NCBI GenBank assembly: GCA_964247055.1
Contig: OZ176055.1
Span: forward strand, 6,510,001 to 6,574,000
Length of the DNA: 64,000 bases
Reading direction: 5' to 3'
From: Paragordius varius
Taxonomy: Eukaryota; Animalia; Nematomorpha
Position 1 is the stretch's first letter. Every line of letters begins with the position of its first letter. Below, piece after piece: positions 50,027 through 62,660 of this stretch. Made by a program: the position numbers and the translations under genes. The notes below the pieces were generated by a model that saw only the letters and a program-made list of their open reading frames with translations, did not search any database and was not told the origin of the DNA.

Positions 50027-50172
50027 GTTTTTATTGACTGGGAAAACGTTTTTATTGATTGGGAAAACGTTTTTATTGATTGGGAAACGTTTCGATTGAC
50101 TGGGAAAATGTTTCGATTGACTGGGAAAACGTTTCGATTGATGGGGAAAATGTTTCGATTGACTGGGAAAAC
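50027..50172. repeat. 21-bp minisatellite, 7 units
   Basis: gtttttattgactgggaaaac-type x3, then gtttcgattgactgggaaaac-type x4; no spacers. Confidence 0.9.
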
Positions 50173-51594
50173 GTTTAGTTAAAATAAGCAATAGCTTTAA
50201 TTAAATTATATATTATCAAGATTAAATTATTATTATTATAATGTTGCCTAAACTTAGCGGTTTCGAAAAAAAAGAAAATTATATCGCACAAAAATTAAGA
50301 GAAAGGTTTGGTAATAAAATTTTCATAATATTAATTGTCACGATACCAATTCCACTTTCCCAACACCGGCGGCCCAATATTTTCAGATAATTATAATCCG
50401 ACAACAACACCTTTAGATACTAATAATTTAACATCAATTTTGCCCAACAATAGGGCCGCAATAATTTTAGATAATAATAATTCAACAACATCTCTCCCTA
50501 ACAAATGCGCCTCGATATTTTTCGACAATACCCATACATTAGAGGACTTTGATGATAATTATAATAATACGATAAAGAAATAAATGTTATATATATAATA
50601 TGCTATATTTATGTCTAGGGATGCGGTTTTCATGAAAATTTATATTTAACTTTTGTGACATTTTTTATGTTATTAGTACCTAAGGATGGCCACTCTTTTT
50701 CGGACGCAAGCCATTTTCCCTTAAAAAAATTTTAGTCGGGCCACGCATCCGAATGCAGTTTACATCCCTTACATTTAATTAAGTCGACTTTTCGCGGCAG
50801 AAATTAATTTATTTTTTAACTGATACATTCAGGCCATTATTTTCAAAGGGAGGGATTGAATGTGCATGATTTTTTAGCGCGTTTTTATTTATGATGTGCA
50901 ACATTTCGTCCCCCTCACGGTTAAAATTTAGTATTTTTTAAAATGCAAGGAGTTGAGTGGATGGGGCGCCCTCACTGAGTGATGCACTCGGCCCCAGAAA
51001 TGCAAGCTACCCTCTGGTCATATCTCAAGGCTTATGCGAGGAGGGATTTGGTTGCATTTAAGACCTCACTTTCTAATATGAGTGGTTCATATATGGGTAA
51101 TGAAAGATTGCATAACGTTCAGGTCACTATAGATATCTGTAATATGTATTGTCTTTTTCAGTAATTTCTATCCCAATGGAATCATGTATTGGGCCATAAA
51201 TATATTTTCTAATTGCAATAGTATGTTTGACTGAAATAAAAATTGATTATACTTTAATATTTTTATTTTCAATCTCATGCGTTTATATCAATTTTTGGTT
51301 GTTTATAACTCTTCATTTAATTTATCTAAACCTCCTTTGATTAGGAATATTTTTGTTCGGTTTATTTATGCAATAAGGGCATCTATGAAAAGTTAGTCAC
51401 TTTTTTCTTTGGTTTCTAAATTAGATATTTATGCGAAATAGTGTCAATTTTTGTTTTTAGGTAATTTCAGCAATCATTAATATTCATTTACACATATTAC
51501 TGATGTAAAGCGGTTACTTAGTTCAATTGAAAAAGGTTCAGGCATTTTGGAATTTTCATAGTTATTATTGATGTATATTTTTGTTGTTGTTAAT

Positions 51595-52300
51595 TTTTAG
51601 TTTAATTTTGGTATGCAGGAGGTTATGATCCGAGCCGCGATCAACACTGGGGATGTTTTGACATTTGTGAACAAATTTTTCCATATTTTGATCAAAAATA
51701 TAATCAATTTGATTTCCTGTCTTTTAATCTGAGCTAATCCAGGTATATGTATTTTTGTTTGACATAAATAAATTGTTGTTGATACCAAAATTTATCATAA
51801 TTTCTCCGTTGGCGTTAAGCTCGCTCAATCTTTAACACTGCAAACCCTTGTTATTGAGGAAATCCCAAAATAATCAGAAAGTATTTTTCTGACTTAGGAT
51901 GTTAATAATTGTAGATAGGTAAATTTTAAAGTAGCTTCGTCTATGTACTTGTGGGGGCGTAAGCTTGGATGATAGTGAAATCGATTGGTTTTGTAGGGAT
52001 GCGGATTGATATGATATGATCGTCCGGTTTACATAAATCCGCGTTATTTGCTTTCTTGTGAATTAACAAATCTACGCCCTGAATGGTAAAGAACAAAATC
52101 ATTATATTCATAATTACCGTGATCCTTCCAATGGGTATCGCTAAGTCCTAGTATTGAGATGTTCCTAATTATCATAGAAATTGTTAAAAGATTGAGCTTT
52201 TTATTATTTAAACCACGGACATATAGCGTAGCTATATTGGTATAATTAGTTTTGCTAGATTTAGTAGGCTGTTTCATGGAATAATATTGCAAGGTTAATC
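51595..52300 (-). mobile_element. Decayed RTE-clade LINE, AP-endonuclease region
   Basis: IATLYVRGL...RNISILGLSDTHWK...LYHSG, then ELNANGEIMINF..NNNLF and frameshifted NQIDYI...GSDHNL motifs. Confidence 0.75.
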
Positions 52301-53164
52301 AATGGGATTTATGAAAAGCAGGAGATTTATGGATTAAAGAGGCTGTGATGTGGTTAAATATTTAGGAATATTCAAATTTAGTAATGGATGTTATATCATT
52401 TATTTAAATATATGGTGATTAGAGAGCTAATCAGCTATTCAGCCCATATAATTTTTAACGAGTTTAGACCGGACTCAGAACCACATACCGGCACTCGGTT
52501 ACGATTCTAATTGTCCTGGAATCAGCACGGTTGTTCCGGCATCATGTCCAAAATTTTAAATTATAATATCTATTTAAATTTGATTATATTGTAACATATT
52601 TTCTGGCTTATCAAAATGAAATGGCCATAAAAATTTTAAAATTAATTGTATATATTATTTTTCGAAATAATTGATCATATGATAACATTTCTTCTCGTAT
52701 TCCATTGAAATAGAATTACCATGTTCCTAATTGGTATCGAATGCTAGGGGTCATGTTAGGCGAAGATATTGGTAAAACTAAAAAAGTCCTTTGCGCTTAG
52801 TTTTGCAAAGGTGGCCGAGACCTATGATCTTTAGTGCCAGGTAATTTAGAAAAGATTTTTTTTTACCTTTAATAATTGAAGAAAGTCTTTAATTCAGATT
52901 GTAGCTGCTTAACACTTTACTATTAATATACCCAACAAAATAAATAATAAGCTTTTTCAGAAATTAAAAGATTTTAAAAACAAATAATCTCATATTATAA
53001 ACACCTTCATAAAATATAGTTTATTTACGTACAACCCACTCAGATAAATTAATTTCTATTCACATTGCCCGAAATCAAGGGTATAATATAATATAAATTG
53101 TCAAAAGTAGCTCAAATTTATTTTCTTTTTTTTGTACTTTTTAATATTTATAAGTTTGAACTGG

Positions 53165-53610
53165 AAAACAGTCGATGTAGTGGCAGTTTCTATCGGCTGA
53201 GTAGGATGTATCTTTTTGATTAAATTATTGTCGGGTTCATCCTTTTTATTTTGAAAAAAAAACGAAATGGATTGAATTTTTAAAATATTGTTATCATTTT
53301 TGGCATTTACAACTTTCAACTGTGAAGCAGTCGATAGAGTGACGGTCTCTATCGACTGAGAGGTGAATAAATTATCTTTTGTAACAGGATTAGTGTCAGG
53401 TTCATTTTTTTATTGTGAAAAAAATCAAACGGATTAAATCTTTTTATATAGCTACCGTGTTGTTTTATGCTATTCATTTTTTTAAACAGAGAATAGATAC
53501 CGCCACTCTATCGATTGAGAGGTTGATGAATTATCTTTTATCCCCGAATTATTATAAGGTTCATCCTTTTTATTGTGAAAAAAAACTAATGGATTGAATT
53601 TTTTCATCAA
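53165..53610. repeat. Degenerate ~160-bp tandem repeat, about 3 units
   Basis: ctatcg.ctgag...ggttcat.ctttt.att.tgaaaaaaa...ggatt.aat recurs with anchors at ~53234, ~53399 and ~53558. Confidence 0.75.
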
Positions 53611-53695
53611 AACCACCATGATACTCTTAAACAATATTATATCAGAATATATGTGTTTCTGGTTCATTTTGTACCTTTCCGATTTAATACAAATA

Positions 53696-53744
<49 letters not shown>

Positions 53745-53820
53745 AAGATTATTACCTAAACCATATTTTACAAGGCACATACTTGATCTTTATTTGTTAG
53801 GTTTACATTTAAATTTGGAC

Positions 53821-56800
53821 ATGGATTTTTTGGACAAATGTTTTTTTTGTAATTCGAATTACAAATATACTTGCCCAAGCTGCAAAGCCAATTATTGTAG
53901 TTTGGCATGTTTTAAATCTCCTGAACATGGAAATTGTTCTGAAACATTTTATAAAGCTTGTGTAATGAAGGAGATGAATCTAAATCCTGACGAGTATAAT
54001 TATGCTTTTTATATTAGTTCAAATGATAATAAAGTTGCTTTTGACTATTTAAAATCGTGTAAAAATGAGTTAAAAGCTGAAACTACTTATAATTCCGACT
54101 TTAGTGAAGAACTCCAAGCTGAAATTGGTGAAGGTTTTATATCATATTTTAATTTTAGATAATGACGAAGACGATTTACATTATAGGATGAAGAATGTAA
54201 ATTTAGGTAGTCATTTAAATTTATTTGAGATAATTTCGAGGAAGTTTGGAATAATTTGACAGAGGATGAGCGTGCCATGTTTGAAAAAAGTTTAAAAAGT
54301 GTGGACAAAAATTGGATTTCTGAAATCATCCCTCTTTGGACCCCGTGGTGGACCAAATTAGTTAAATAATTTTTATTATATTTTATCTAATAAACCACCT
54401 ATATGGATTTTAAATATACTCCCTAAAAAATTTTCAATAATATTGATAGTTTTTTTAAATTATCACTCTTTAAATTAATATATATGAGAATTTCAATCAT
54501 ATATCAATATTTTACAGATATCGCAAAAAGTCCTTTTGGATTCCCAATCAACACAAACACTAATCAAGGATTATGGGATACCGCCAATTTTATCCCTTTC
54601 TCGTTTGCCCGATATATCCAATATTAAAGTTGAGATTTTTAAATTATTTTAGACATCTCCAAATTTAATATATAATGTGATCAATACATGCCTGGCCTAT
54701 GCTTATGTTACACGACTGTTTAATGGAGATTATATGGAATATGCTTTACAAACACTAGAGGTTTGTTAATTAAATATATTTTTAATTTTTTTATCTTAAC
54801 ATATAAAAATTATATTGTTATGTACAAATCAAACAATGGATGGTTAATACTATTTCTTTGAAAATATTCACCATTTTACTAAATAAGCTTTTCTGATATG
54901 GAATTATAATTGGTTTGGGTAATTATAGTCGTTATAAATCTTTTTTGGTACTTAAGCCGTATATCACATTGTCAATAAAAGCTCTTACACTATATTTTGA
55001 AATATTCAATTTATATTATTAGATATCTATGAAATTAAATATATGAATTTTTTGTCTTGATGTACAAATATTTATTGTATATTAAATTGGATATTTTGAC
55101 ATTTTGGTATTTTCTTCTTGTTGGATCTACGATAAAATGTTGAAAAATTGATCTTCATATCTCAAACAATTAAATACATGCATGGATTTATTACCAATTT
55201 TTTGAAATTTATGAGTGCTGCTTGTAACACTGCCCTTTATTTCTCGGTTAACTGTTGGTATTATTAGGAATGCTATTTAATTTTTTATTATAAGTGGTCT
55301 CCCTGTACTGTTAATCGAATAGACGACGGTATTAACAAAAACTATTTTTTTTCCAAGCCTCTACCATTTTACATGGATTGTTATTCATTTTGATTTTCAT
55401 TTTTTTTATAATAAAAAAAGTTTTTTTATAGATTATGAATGAACTTTGTTCGTTTATGAGGGAGGAGTCATTTACATATACATCAGTTTCACAAGCCATG
55501 TATGGTACTTTGATGAAATTGTTGGAGGTAAAATTGTGTACATATTATGATATGTTATGTTAAAATTCGATTAGGTTTTTTAATTTAAGTCATATGATAA
55601 TATAATTTTTTTTTCGATTAATTTGTTGTTAAAAAGAGTTAAAATAACTTGGTTTATATATTGTTGTTTTTACGCGTAAAACTTATGTCGTTAAATTTTG
55701 CATGACTATAATAATCAAAAAAATAATAGTTACTTAAAAAATTTTAACGTTTCTTTTATATTCTAATATATGAAGATTTGAGATAAATTTTGGATGTTCC
55801 ATCTAAATAAATAAATTAATGAATCTGCCTAATATTCTAGATTGAATATCATTCAAAAATAATTCCAATTTACATTTTATTAGGTTGAGGAACGAGATAA
55901 TAGTATAAAAGAAACTTTCAGATCACAAGACAAGAAAACTTGTCCATTAACATCATCATCCAAAGTTATTGAGGTAAATGAAAAAGTTGTTCAAAATCAA
56001 TTTTTATTGTCAAATTCTGTATCTTGCATAAAAAATGATGACAATAAAACTCCCTGTCTAGACTCACATTTTATTCGTAATTTTACGGATACATTAATAC
56101 CAGACCTGATTGCGTTGCTAGAAGGCCCGAGCGATGTACCATATCCCCGTACAAAAAACATTGTTTCCAGTAAAATTTTATTGATTGATTAGTTTAAATC
56201 GTATATTTATATAGAAGTTTTTAATTAAACGTTTTCGGTGAAAAATTGTAAGTCACATTTCGAAATTTTAAGTCGTTTTACTTTTTTGAATAGCTATTAA
56301 GTCTTGACTATCTTTACGCGGCGTTTTTTGTGATTGTAAGAACTTCACTTAGTAATTTATACTAAAGGGTTAAATTATAGAGCAGTTTTTGCTACTTGGG
56401 AGATATGATATCAGCCGGTGGCGGAATAGAACACGCAACTTAACATCGCATATCACAAATGTGGAAAAAATACCATTCGTTAAATTAATAATAATTAATA
56501 AATTCGTCAAACTACAAACTAAATGTGCCATATACACTACAGCCATCCGTCCCGTCCTCACATATAGATCCGAATCCTTGCCGATGTCAAAAACAAATGA
56601 ATCCAAACTCATAAACGCTGAATCCAAATTATTGAAAACAATATTATTCGCACACAATCCTTCTAAATTCAATTATACCGAATCCATAAACCCGTACCAT
56701 ATACTCAATCTCAACCCCATCAACAACGTCGAAAAATCCGGTTACAATGGGCTGGACATGTTGAAAGACGGCAAGATACTCTCACATTCTTAAAGCTATG

Positions 56801-57675
56801 AAAAATTACTCGGTTGAACTACCAGTGAAATCCGGCCGACCCCATACCACATGGCTCAATCAACACAATAACTAAAGACCTCGAATCGCTTAATTTAAAT
56901 TTAGAATTAGCCAAATCAAGAGAAGAGTGGAAAAAACGGGTGTACCGTCATTAAATGGCGAATCCCCATACAAATGAATGATGAATGAATGATGATTTAA
57001 TTAAAATTAACCAAAAACAGATCCAATACTGCTATTGTTATGTTTTTGGATTTCATTTTTATTATTGCCGAAAACAAAAGATTAAATATTAGATTTTTTT
57101 TAAATCATTTTACCTTGAACTAAATTAAATTAGTCATCTCTAAAAATATTAAAATATAGATAAGTCTGTGCGCTTGACATTTTCCAATATTTTTATTAGT
57201 TTAAAAATCACAATATCAAAATAGTATAATTCTAATTTAATACATATTATAAATATACTTTAACATTATTCTTATTTTAGATAAACCATCAATTCATAGG
57301 CCCATATATATTCAGGCCCTTTTTTCTGAATTGATAATGGTATATAAAAAGGCGCGCCATTCATTAGACTCCAACGAAGCTGAAAATAATGGTAAAAAAA
57401 TGATCAATGTTTTAGATAAATTTGTTGAATTTAACAAGGAAGAAATTAACATATTTACAACACCTCGTAGTAAACAATCACCATCGTCCCTTGCAATCAA
57501 AAAGGATATTAAAAAATTAGAATTTTATTTATCATACGTAACAAAGTATGATTCATATCATGGTAAAATCTCAACGCTTGTTAAAGAAATCCACACCGTT
57601 AGAAGTATTATAATATTTATAATTTAGATTCACTGTCTCAAAAATCGAATGATCATGAAGTTCTCCAATCCCTGA
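53821..57675 (+). CDS. ZNHIT2: Zinc finger HIT domain-containing protein 2, ~478 aa; join(53821..54133,54159..54206,54230..54360,54518..54628,54653..54760,55432..55527,55884..56148,57281..57597,57628..57675)
   Basis: CxxC...YTCPSCKANYCSLACFK..H..CSETFY HIT finger; VWNNLTEDERAMF, LWTPWW, SPNLIYNVIN..LAYAYVTRLFNGD, LLEGP, KKLEFYLSY. Spliced length 1437 nt, in frame. Confidence 0.88.
56389..56995 (+). mobile_element. RTE LINE 3' fragment in a ZNHIT2 intron
   Basis: KCAIYTTAIRPVLTYRSES...ESKL...ESKLLKTI (RTE post-RT domain), ending in a (GAAT/GAT)n microsatellite tail at 56974-56995. Confidence 0.8.
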
Positions 57676-57763
57676 TACAAAATAATTTATATTTATTAAA
57701 ACCTTAATAAATGTCATATGTTTACATTATGTTATCTGTTTCCATATGTTAAAATTAATTTAA

Positions 57764-57891
57764 ATGCTGGAAACAGAGGGGGATACTGCATTACCTGATA
57801 TTAGCGATTTATCTCAAGATGAACAAAATATTATTAAAACTGTTATTCAAAGGCAAAAAATAGAGGAATTAAAGGAATTCAGATATCGAAA
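57764..57891 (+). CDS. First coding exon of a RIM/UNC-10-like (Rab3-effector) protein
   Basis: MLETEGDTALPDISDLSQDEQNIIKTVIQRQKIEELKE resembles the RIM N-terminal helix PDLSHLTEEERNII..V..RQK.EE.KE. Donor at 57892. Downstream exons not identified. Confidence 0.6.
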
Positions 57892-59330
57892 GTTATTTTT
57901 ATAACACTATGTCTTAATAGCCATTCTAAATTTTTTGTTTTTTTTAAAATTCATAAATTCTTTGACTCCTTGAGATAAAAAGAATCCATTAAAAGTATAT
58001 TGGAAATTATTTTAAGTTTATTAAATTGACATTAATAATATATTTTAATATCTATTTGCCACTCTAAATATAAATTAGTGCACTTGTTATAAATTGTAAA
58101 ACAGGTTTAAACTTTTCATACGATTACTTAGTATTTTTATATTCCCATCACATTATGTATGATCTTTTTACAATAGATATTAATCATAATGTTATTAAAT
58201 GATCGCATTTACGTAAGCAAGCTTTATATTTAACTTTTTTATTTTTCCATCATAGCTCCTTTTTCCTTTCTAAAAAATCAATAGTTTATTGGTCCTCCGT
58301 CGTACTTCTACTTTTATTCCTATTAGAATTTCTATGTCATTATACATTTTATCTGGTAAACTACTAAAGAATTTTTGAATAATTTCTTTAGTATTATTTT
58401 AGCCAACTATGTTTATAAAAATTAAGAAATTCATAAAACTGCAATATATAAGGGATTATGATGGTCAAGTGTGTCATATATTTTTAAGCAAAATTATGCT
58501 TTTGATGTTTGATTTTTAAAGGCCTTTCAAAATATCAGAAATATTTGATATGGAAATGTAGTTTTGAGTATTGGAGTTAATTTTTAAAGATTGTATTAAA
58601 ATAACTCAATAATATTATTAGGCTTAGTTAAACGTTTTTTTGCGATTACATTTTAACTATAAAGTTTCGAGAATGCTTAATTTTATCCTAATATAATTAT
58701 TATATTTGTAAAAATAAATGAAAATTAATAAAAATTATGTTAATACATGTCGCATTTTTTTATACCGAAAGTAGTAAGTAAAACATCTAACTTTTTAATA
58801 AGTCTATTTGTTGCGAAGAATTATGGCTATACAACACTTGCAATATTAAAGAAATCATGAAAGGAATATAAATTTTTATTTTTTCATCGTCTCGTTAGCT
58901 TAATTGGTATTAAATGGTATGGTAATTCTTAGAAGTCCCATTGCTACTGACAAAATTTGTTCATTATCTGCTATATTATAATTTTATATTGTTTTCGGAA
59001 GTTGAAATATACTGGTTTATGTTTATTATGCTTTTATTACAATTCTTAAATCATAACCTAGATATCATAATATATCTAATAGCCCATATTTTGTGCCCGC
59101 ACATTTTTTTTAAAAAATATGAGATTTTTTAATTATTTCAAATGATAGATTCCTTCCCACTAAATATTAAAGTCAACAAAACCATGTTCCACGCGGTAAG
59201 TCTTTTTTCTATAAATTTAAAATTTTCTTTCAAATTTATGGACTATTCATGAAAATTCGTCGCAAATATTTATGTTATATTTAAACATTTGTATGTTAAA
59301 TGGGTTAGGTACATTTTTAACAACTTAATA

Positions 59331-59453
59331 TACCATTTTTCAGTCAAAAGCAACATTTTTTTAACCAAACGCTACATTTTCCACTAAACAGAACTAAAAA
59401 TGTTGTTGTAAAATGTTGCCTATGGTTGTAAAAAAATTCACTGAAAAATGGTA
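59331..59453. mobile_element. Short MITE with TACCATTT termini (123 bp)
   Basis: Perfect 14-bp TIR taccatttttcagt / actgaaaaatggta; TA on both flanks. Confidence 0.75.
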
Positions 59454-59949
59454 TATTTTACAATAAAACAGTTATATCATTTTTATCGTCACATAATATC
59501 GCTAAAACATTTATTTACATAGTTATTAAGATATGCGTACTATTCCAATTTTACCCATAAATCGAGTAAATTTAAACTGAATACATCTATTAACTAATCT
59601 CTATATCTATTGTTGGTATAACCTAATGATCGCTAGCTAATTAAACATATCCGCAAAATTCTGTAAAAATAATTTGAGGCTTAAACCTTGATTTGTTAGG
59701 AAATGTTATATGTTAAGGTGCTCGGCCGGGTATTATAGATTTTTTAGAAATAATCATTAGAAAGATTGATCAACAAAAATATTGGATAACAAATAATTTT
59801 AAAAATACTGTTTATATCAATTATGACAATCTGTAATATGGTGAATTTTAATACAAAGAAATATGTTATGTTAATTATATTTTTTTAATACTACATATTT
59901 ATGTATAAAATATTTCTGCAGCGTACGAGAAATTTCAATTAAAAAATTT

Positions 59950-60660
59950 ATCGAAAATAGGTTAAATTGATGTTGTTAAACATTTCTAAATTAATCTTTC
60001 CAAATTTTGGCAATGGACTGGCAAAAAATGTTCAAATAAATAGTAGTTTTTAAGAAATTACATTTTAGAGGAGTTAAGTGTTGGAATCATAAAATAAAGC
60101 GCAGATGATATGTTTAATGTTAATAAAATTATAATTATCCCATAGACTGGGACGACATAGTTTAAGGTGTGTATTAATATCATTAGCGATTTCATTTTAA
60201 ATCCTTCTATTGTTTTATACAGTATTTTCCTTTAACAAAAAGCTAACACTTTGATTATCTATTCACATATATTTTTTAATAGTCCAAATTTTACTGCCGT
60301 TATCATAGTTTGAAACATTAAGCATTTTTAATTTAGGTTTATAAGATGTATTTTCGGTGAAATCTACAATTTATTCTAAAGTGCCAGATTTCGTTTGGCT
60401 ATTGCTATTTGCTCTTTGATGTATTGCGAAATGGTTTATGACTTCCTTTTAAAGCTTTACCGATACATACATATACAGTATTCACATTTAATGCTGGGTT
60501 ATTATTCACATGATAGTGTTTATTTGTAAAACAGTAGCGTGTGTTATAAAACAAATTCTGTCCATAATTATATAAACGAAGTAATGAAAGGTAGGACAAA
60601 AACTGTTTAATCCCAACATGACCAACTATAATGTGAATTAACCGGCATAATATCCATATT
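59950..60660 (-). mobile_element. Highly decayed DDE integrase-like remnant (Ginger/Gypsy type)
   Basis: Frame-hopping fragments IHIIVGHVGIKQ, DNGSK and SQSMG, in the order expected for the integrase zinc-binding and core domains. Confidence 0.3.
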
Positions 60661-60712
60661 GTATTTATTTACCGCATAGCTATCATTTTTAGCGGAAGAA
60701 ATGCAATAACGA

Positions 60713-60949
60713 GAGAGTTATTATTGACCATTTGGGGTTTTAATTGGCTAAAAGGCGCTTTAGTTAACATGTTTGTTGGTATGTACTTATTTCTAACATG
60801 CTATTTATTTTATTGCTAACTGGCGCCGCTATATTTTTTTTCATTACAACAATGAAGCAGATATAAAAAATTTAATATCTTTTTACAGACATGTAAATTA
60901 AATCCCCTTTTAGCCAATTAAAAACCGAAATGGACAATAATAATTCTCA
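60713..60949. mobile_element. MITE with ~43-bp TIR (GAG...CTC termini), unclassified
   Basis: gagagttattattgaccatttggggttttaattggctaaaagg versus the reverse complement of ccttttagccaattaaaaaccgaaatggacaataataattctc. No clear TSD. Confidence 0.65.
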
Positions 60950-61020
60950 TTACTGTATTGTTTGGTTTCTTGATTTTTTTAGATTTAATATAAGCCATCA
61001 TTTTTCATAAATGTCTAGGG

Positions 61021-61316
61021 CAGTGATTTCCAATAAAGACGACTTCGTAAGCCACATTTTTTAGTCAAAAAATCTGGCGGGCCGCATTTGAAATATATAT
61101 ATATATATATGGGCATTCATAAATAATTTATTAGATTTTAAACATCAGACTTTGCAAACACAATAAAACAAAATTTTCTTTTTAACGATTGGATAGATTT
61201 ATTTAGAAAAATTATTTGTATATTAATTTTACTTTTATGATATTTTTGCAAAATTGGATTCTAAAACTTTTGCGGGCCGCACATAAAGTCTTGGAGGCCA
61301 TGTGTCGGACACCCTG
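61021..61316. mobile_element. hAT-Buster MITE, degenerate (296 bp)
   Basis: cagtgatttccaa ... tcggacaccctg; subterminal gcgggccgca motifs; flanks gtctaggg / atttaggg (nnnTAnnn). Confidence 0.65.
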
Positions 61317-61451
61317 ATTTAGGGAAACCCAAGTCGATATTATACAGTATCATTGGTGCAAAGAGTAGTGACAAAGTGTGACTTTTTATTTTTAAAAATA
61401 TAATCTTTTTTTGCTATCCAAAAAAATTGGTAACAAAATATGATGGTTTTA

Positions 61452-61629
61452 CAGTAGGCATTTTTATGGTTGCTTATTTCACACTGTGGTTAAGCGATTT
61501 AACATAGTTGTGTATAGAAAAAGAGGGGAAAAAATTGTTTATTTAACATTTTGATGTTTTTTTCATATACTACTGTGTTGCAAATCGCCAAACTATATTG
61601 TGAAATAGGCATCATTAAAAAGCATACTG
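61452..61629. mobile_element. Tc1/mariner-type MITE, copy 2
   Basis: TA|cagtaggca...gcatactg|TA; colinear with 21868-22040. Confidence 0.75.
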
Positions 61630-62623
61630 TAATATGATAAATTAGATGAGATTGTATATTTTTTGTTTTTTCTCTGGATGGTGATCGGAATAATTTCGGA
61701 ATATTCGCATTTTTTATCGCTCCGCAATTTAATTAAATAATAGTCTATTATCCGTCACTGTTTATAAGTATGCTGTGTTGTCGCCACCTTGAATTTGTCA
61801 GATGTCCAGCCATAGGGTGTAATAATTGACAATGTTGAATTAATAAGGCTACATACTTACTTAAAAGCTTTCAATAGTATATTGTATTAAAGTTGGCATA
61901 ATTCCATGAAAAAGTTTAGCATAAAAGTATACATGGAGGTCCATAATTATTGATTAGAAATGATGTGTCTGCATTTTTAAGCAGACGATTAGGGTGCTCA
62001 CAAAAAATATATTTTTATTTTTTGCAATTTTTTTGCAAGATTGAATGTATGATTGAATCATTAGACATATATTTCCAATTGACAAAGCTTTTCACAATAA
62101 TTAACTTATAATTTTGTGATTAAGAATTTTAGGATGAGATTCTAACGATATGTGACATTTTATAATATTTACAAATTTATTTCTTAGTTATTTAAATTCT
62201 TACTCAATGTATAAAAATTTTAAGCTCCATTTTAAATGTACATTTTTTAAAAAAAAACTTAACACTGCATTTATTATAAGAAATTTCATTTAATTATATT
62301 ATTTTTTGTTTATGTAATTATAATTTAATTAGTCCCATGTTATTCAACATAAAAAGTCTAATCAATCAATAAATAATCTGTTTTGCATGATTAATAAGAT
62401 AATGAGAAAGAGGCAATAATATTGAGTATCCTTATTATTAATATTATATATTAGCTAAATCAATATTTCAAAAAAATGATTATTAAATTATCTACAATAA
62501 TGATCTATGGAGCCATATTTTTAACGATTTAATTTTGAGAGTTTTGTCAATTAAACCATTAATTAGTATTATTACAATATTTTAATTTATAGTATATAAC
62601 ATTGAAGTTTCATAACTTATTTT

Positions 62624-62659
<36 letters not shown>

Positions 62660-62660
<1 letters not shown>

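Noticed and set aside
50027-50172. CRISPR-like repeat array
   Set aside because: The repeats are contiguous with no unique spacers, there are no cas genes, and the context is eukaryotic.
50335-50583. N/T-rich 82-aa ORF
   Set aside because: It has a non-ATG start, low complexity, no splice context and no recognisable motif, and lies amid TE debris.
50979-51164. Tc1/IS630-like transposase fragment (SAPEM..TLWSYLKAY)
   Set aside because: Only one short motif resembles it, with no TIRs or further catalytic motifs. Too weak to annotate.
52430-52560. HDV-like ribozyme at the 5' end of the RTE fragment
   Set aside because: The stretch is GC-richer, but I could not build the nested double pseudoknot or find the conserved L3 and J4/2 residues.
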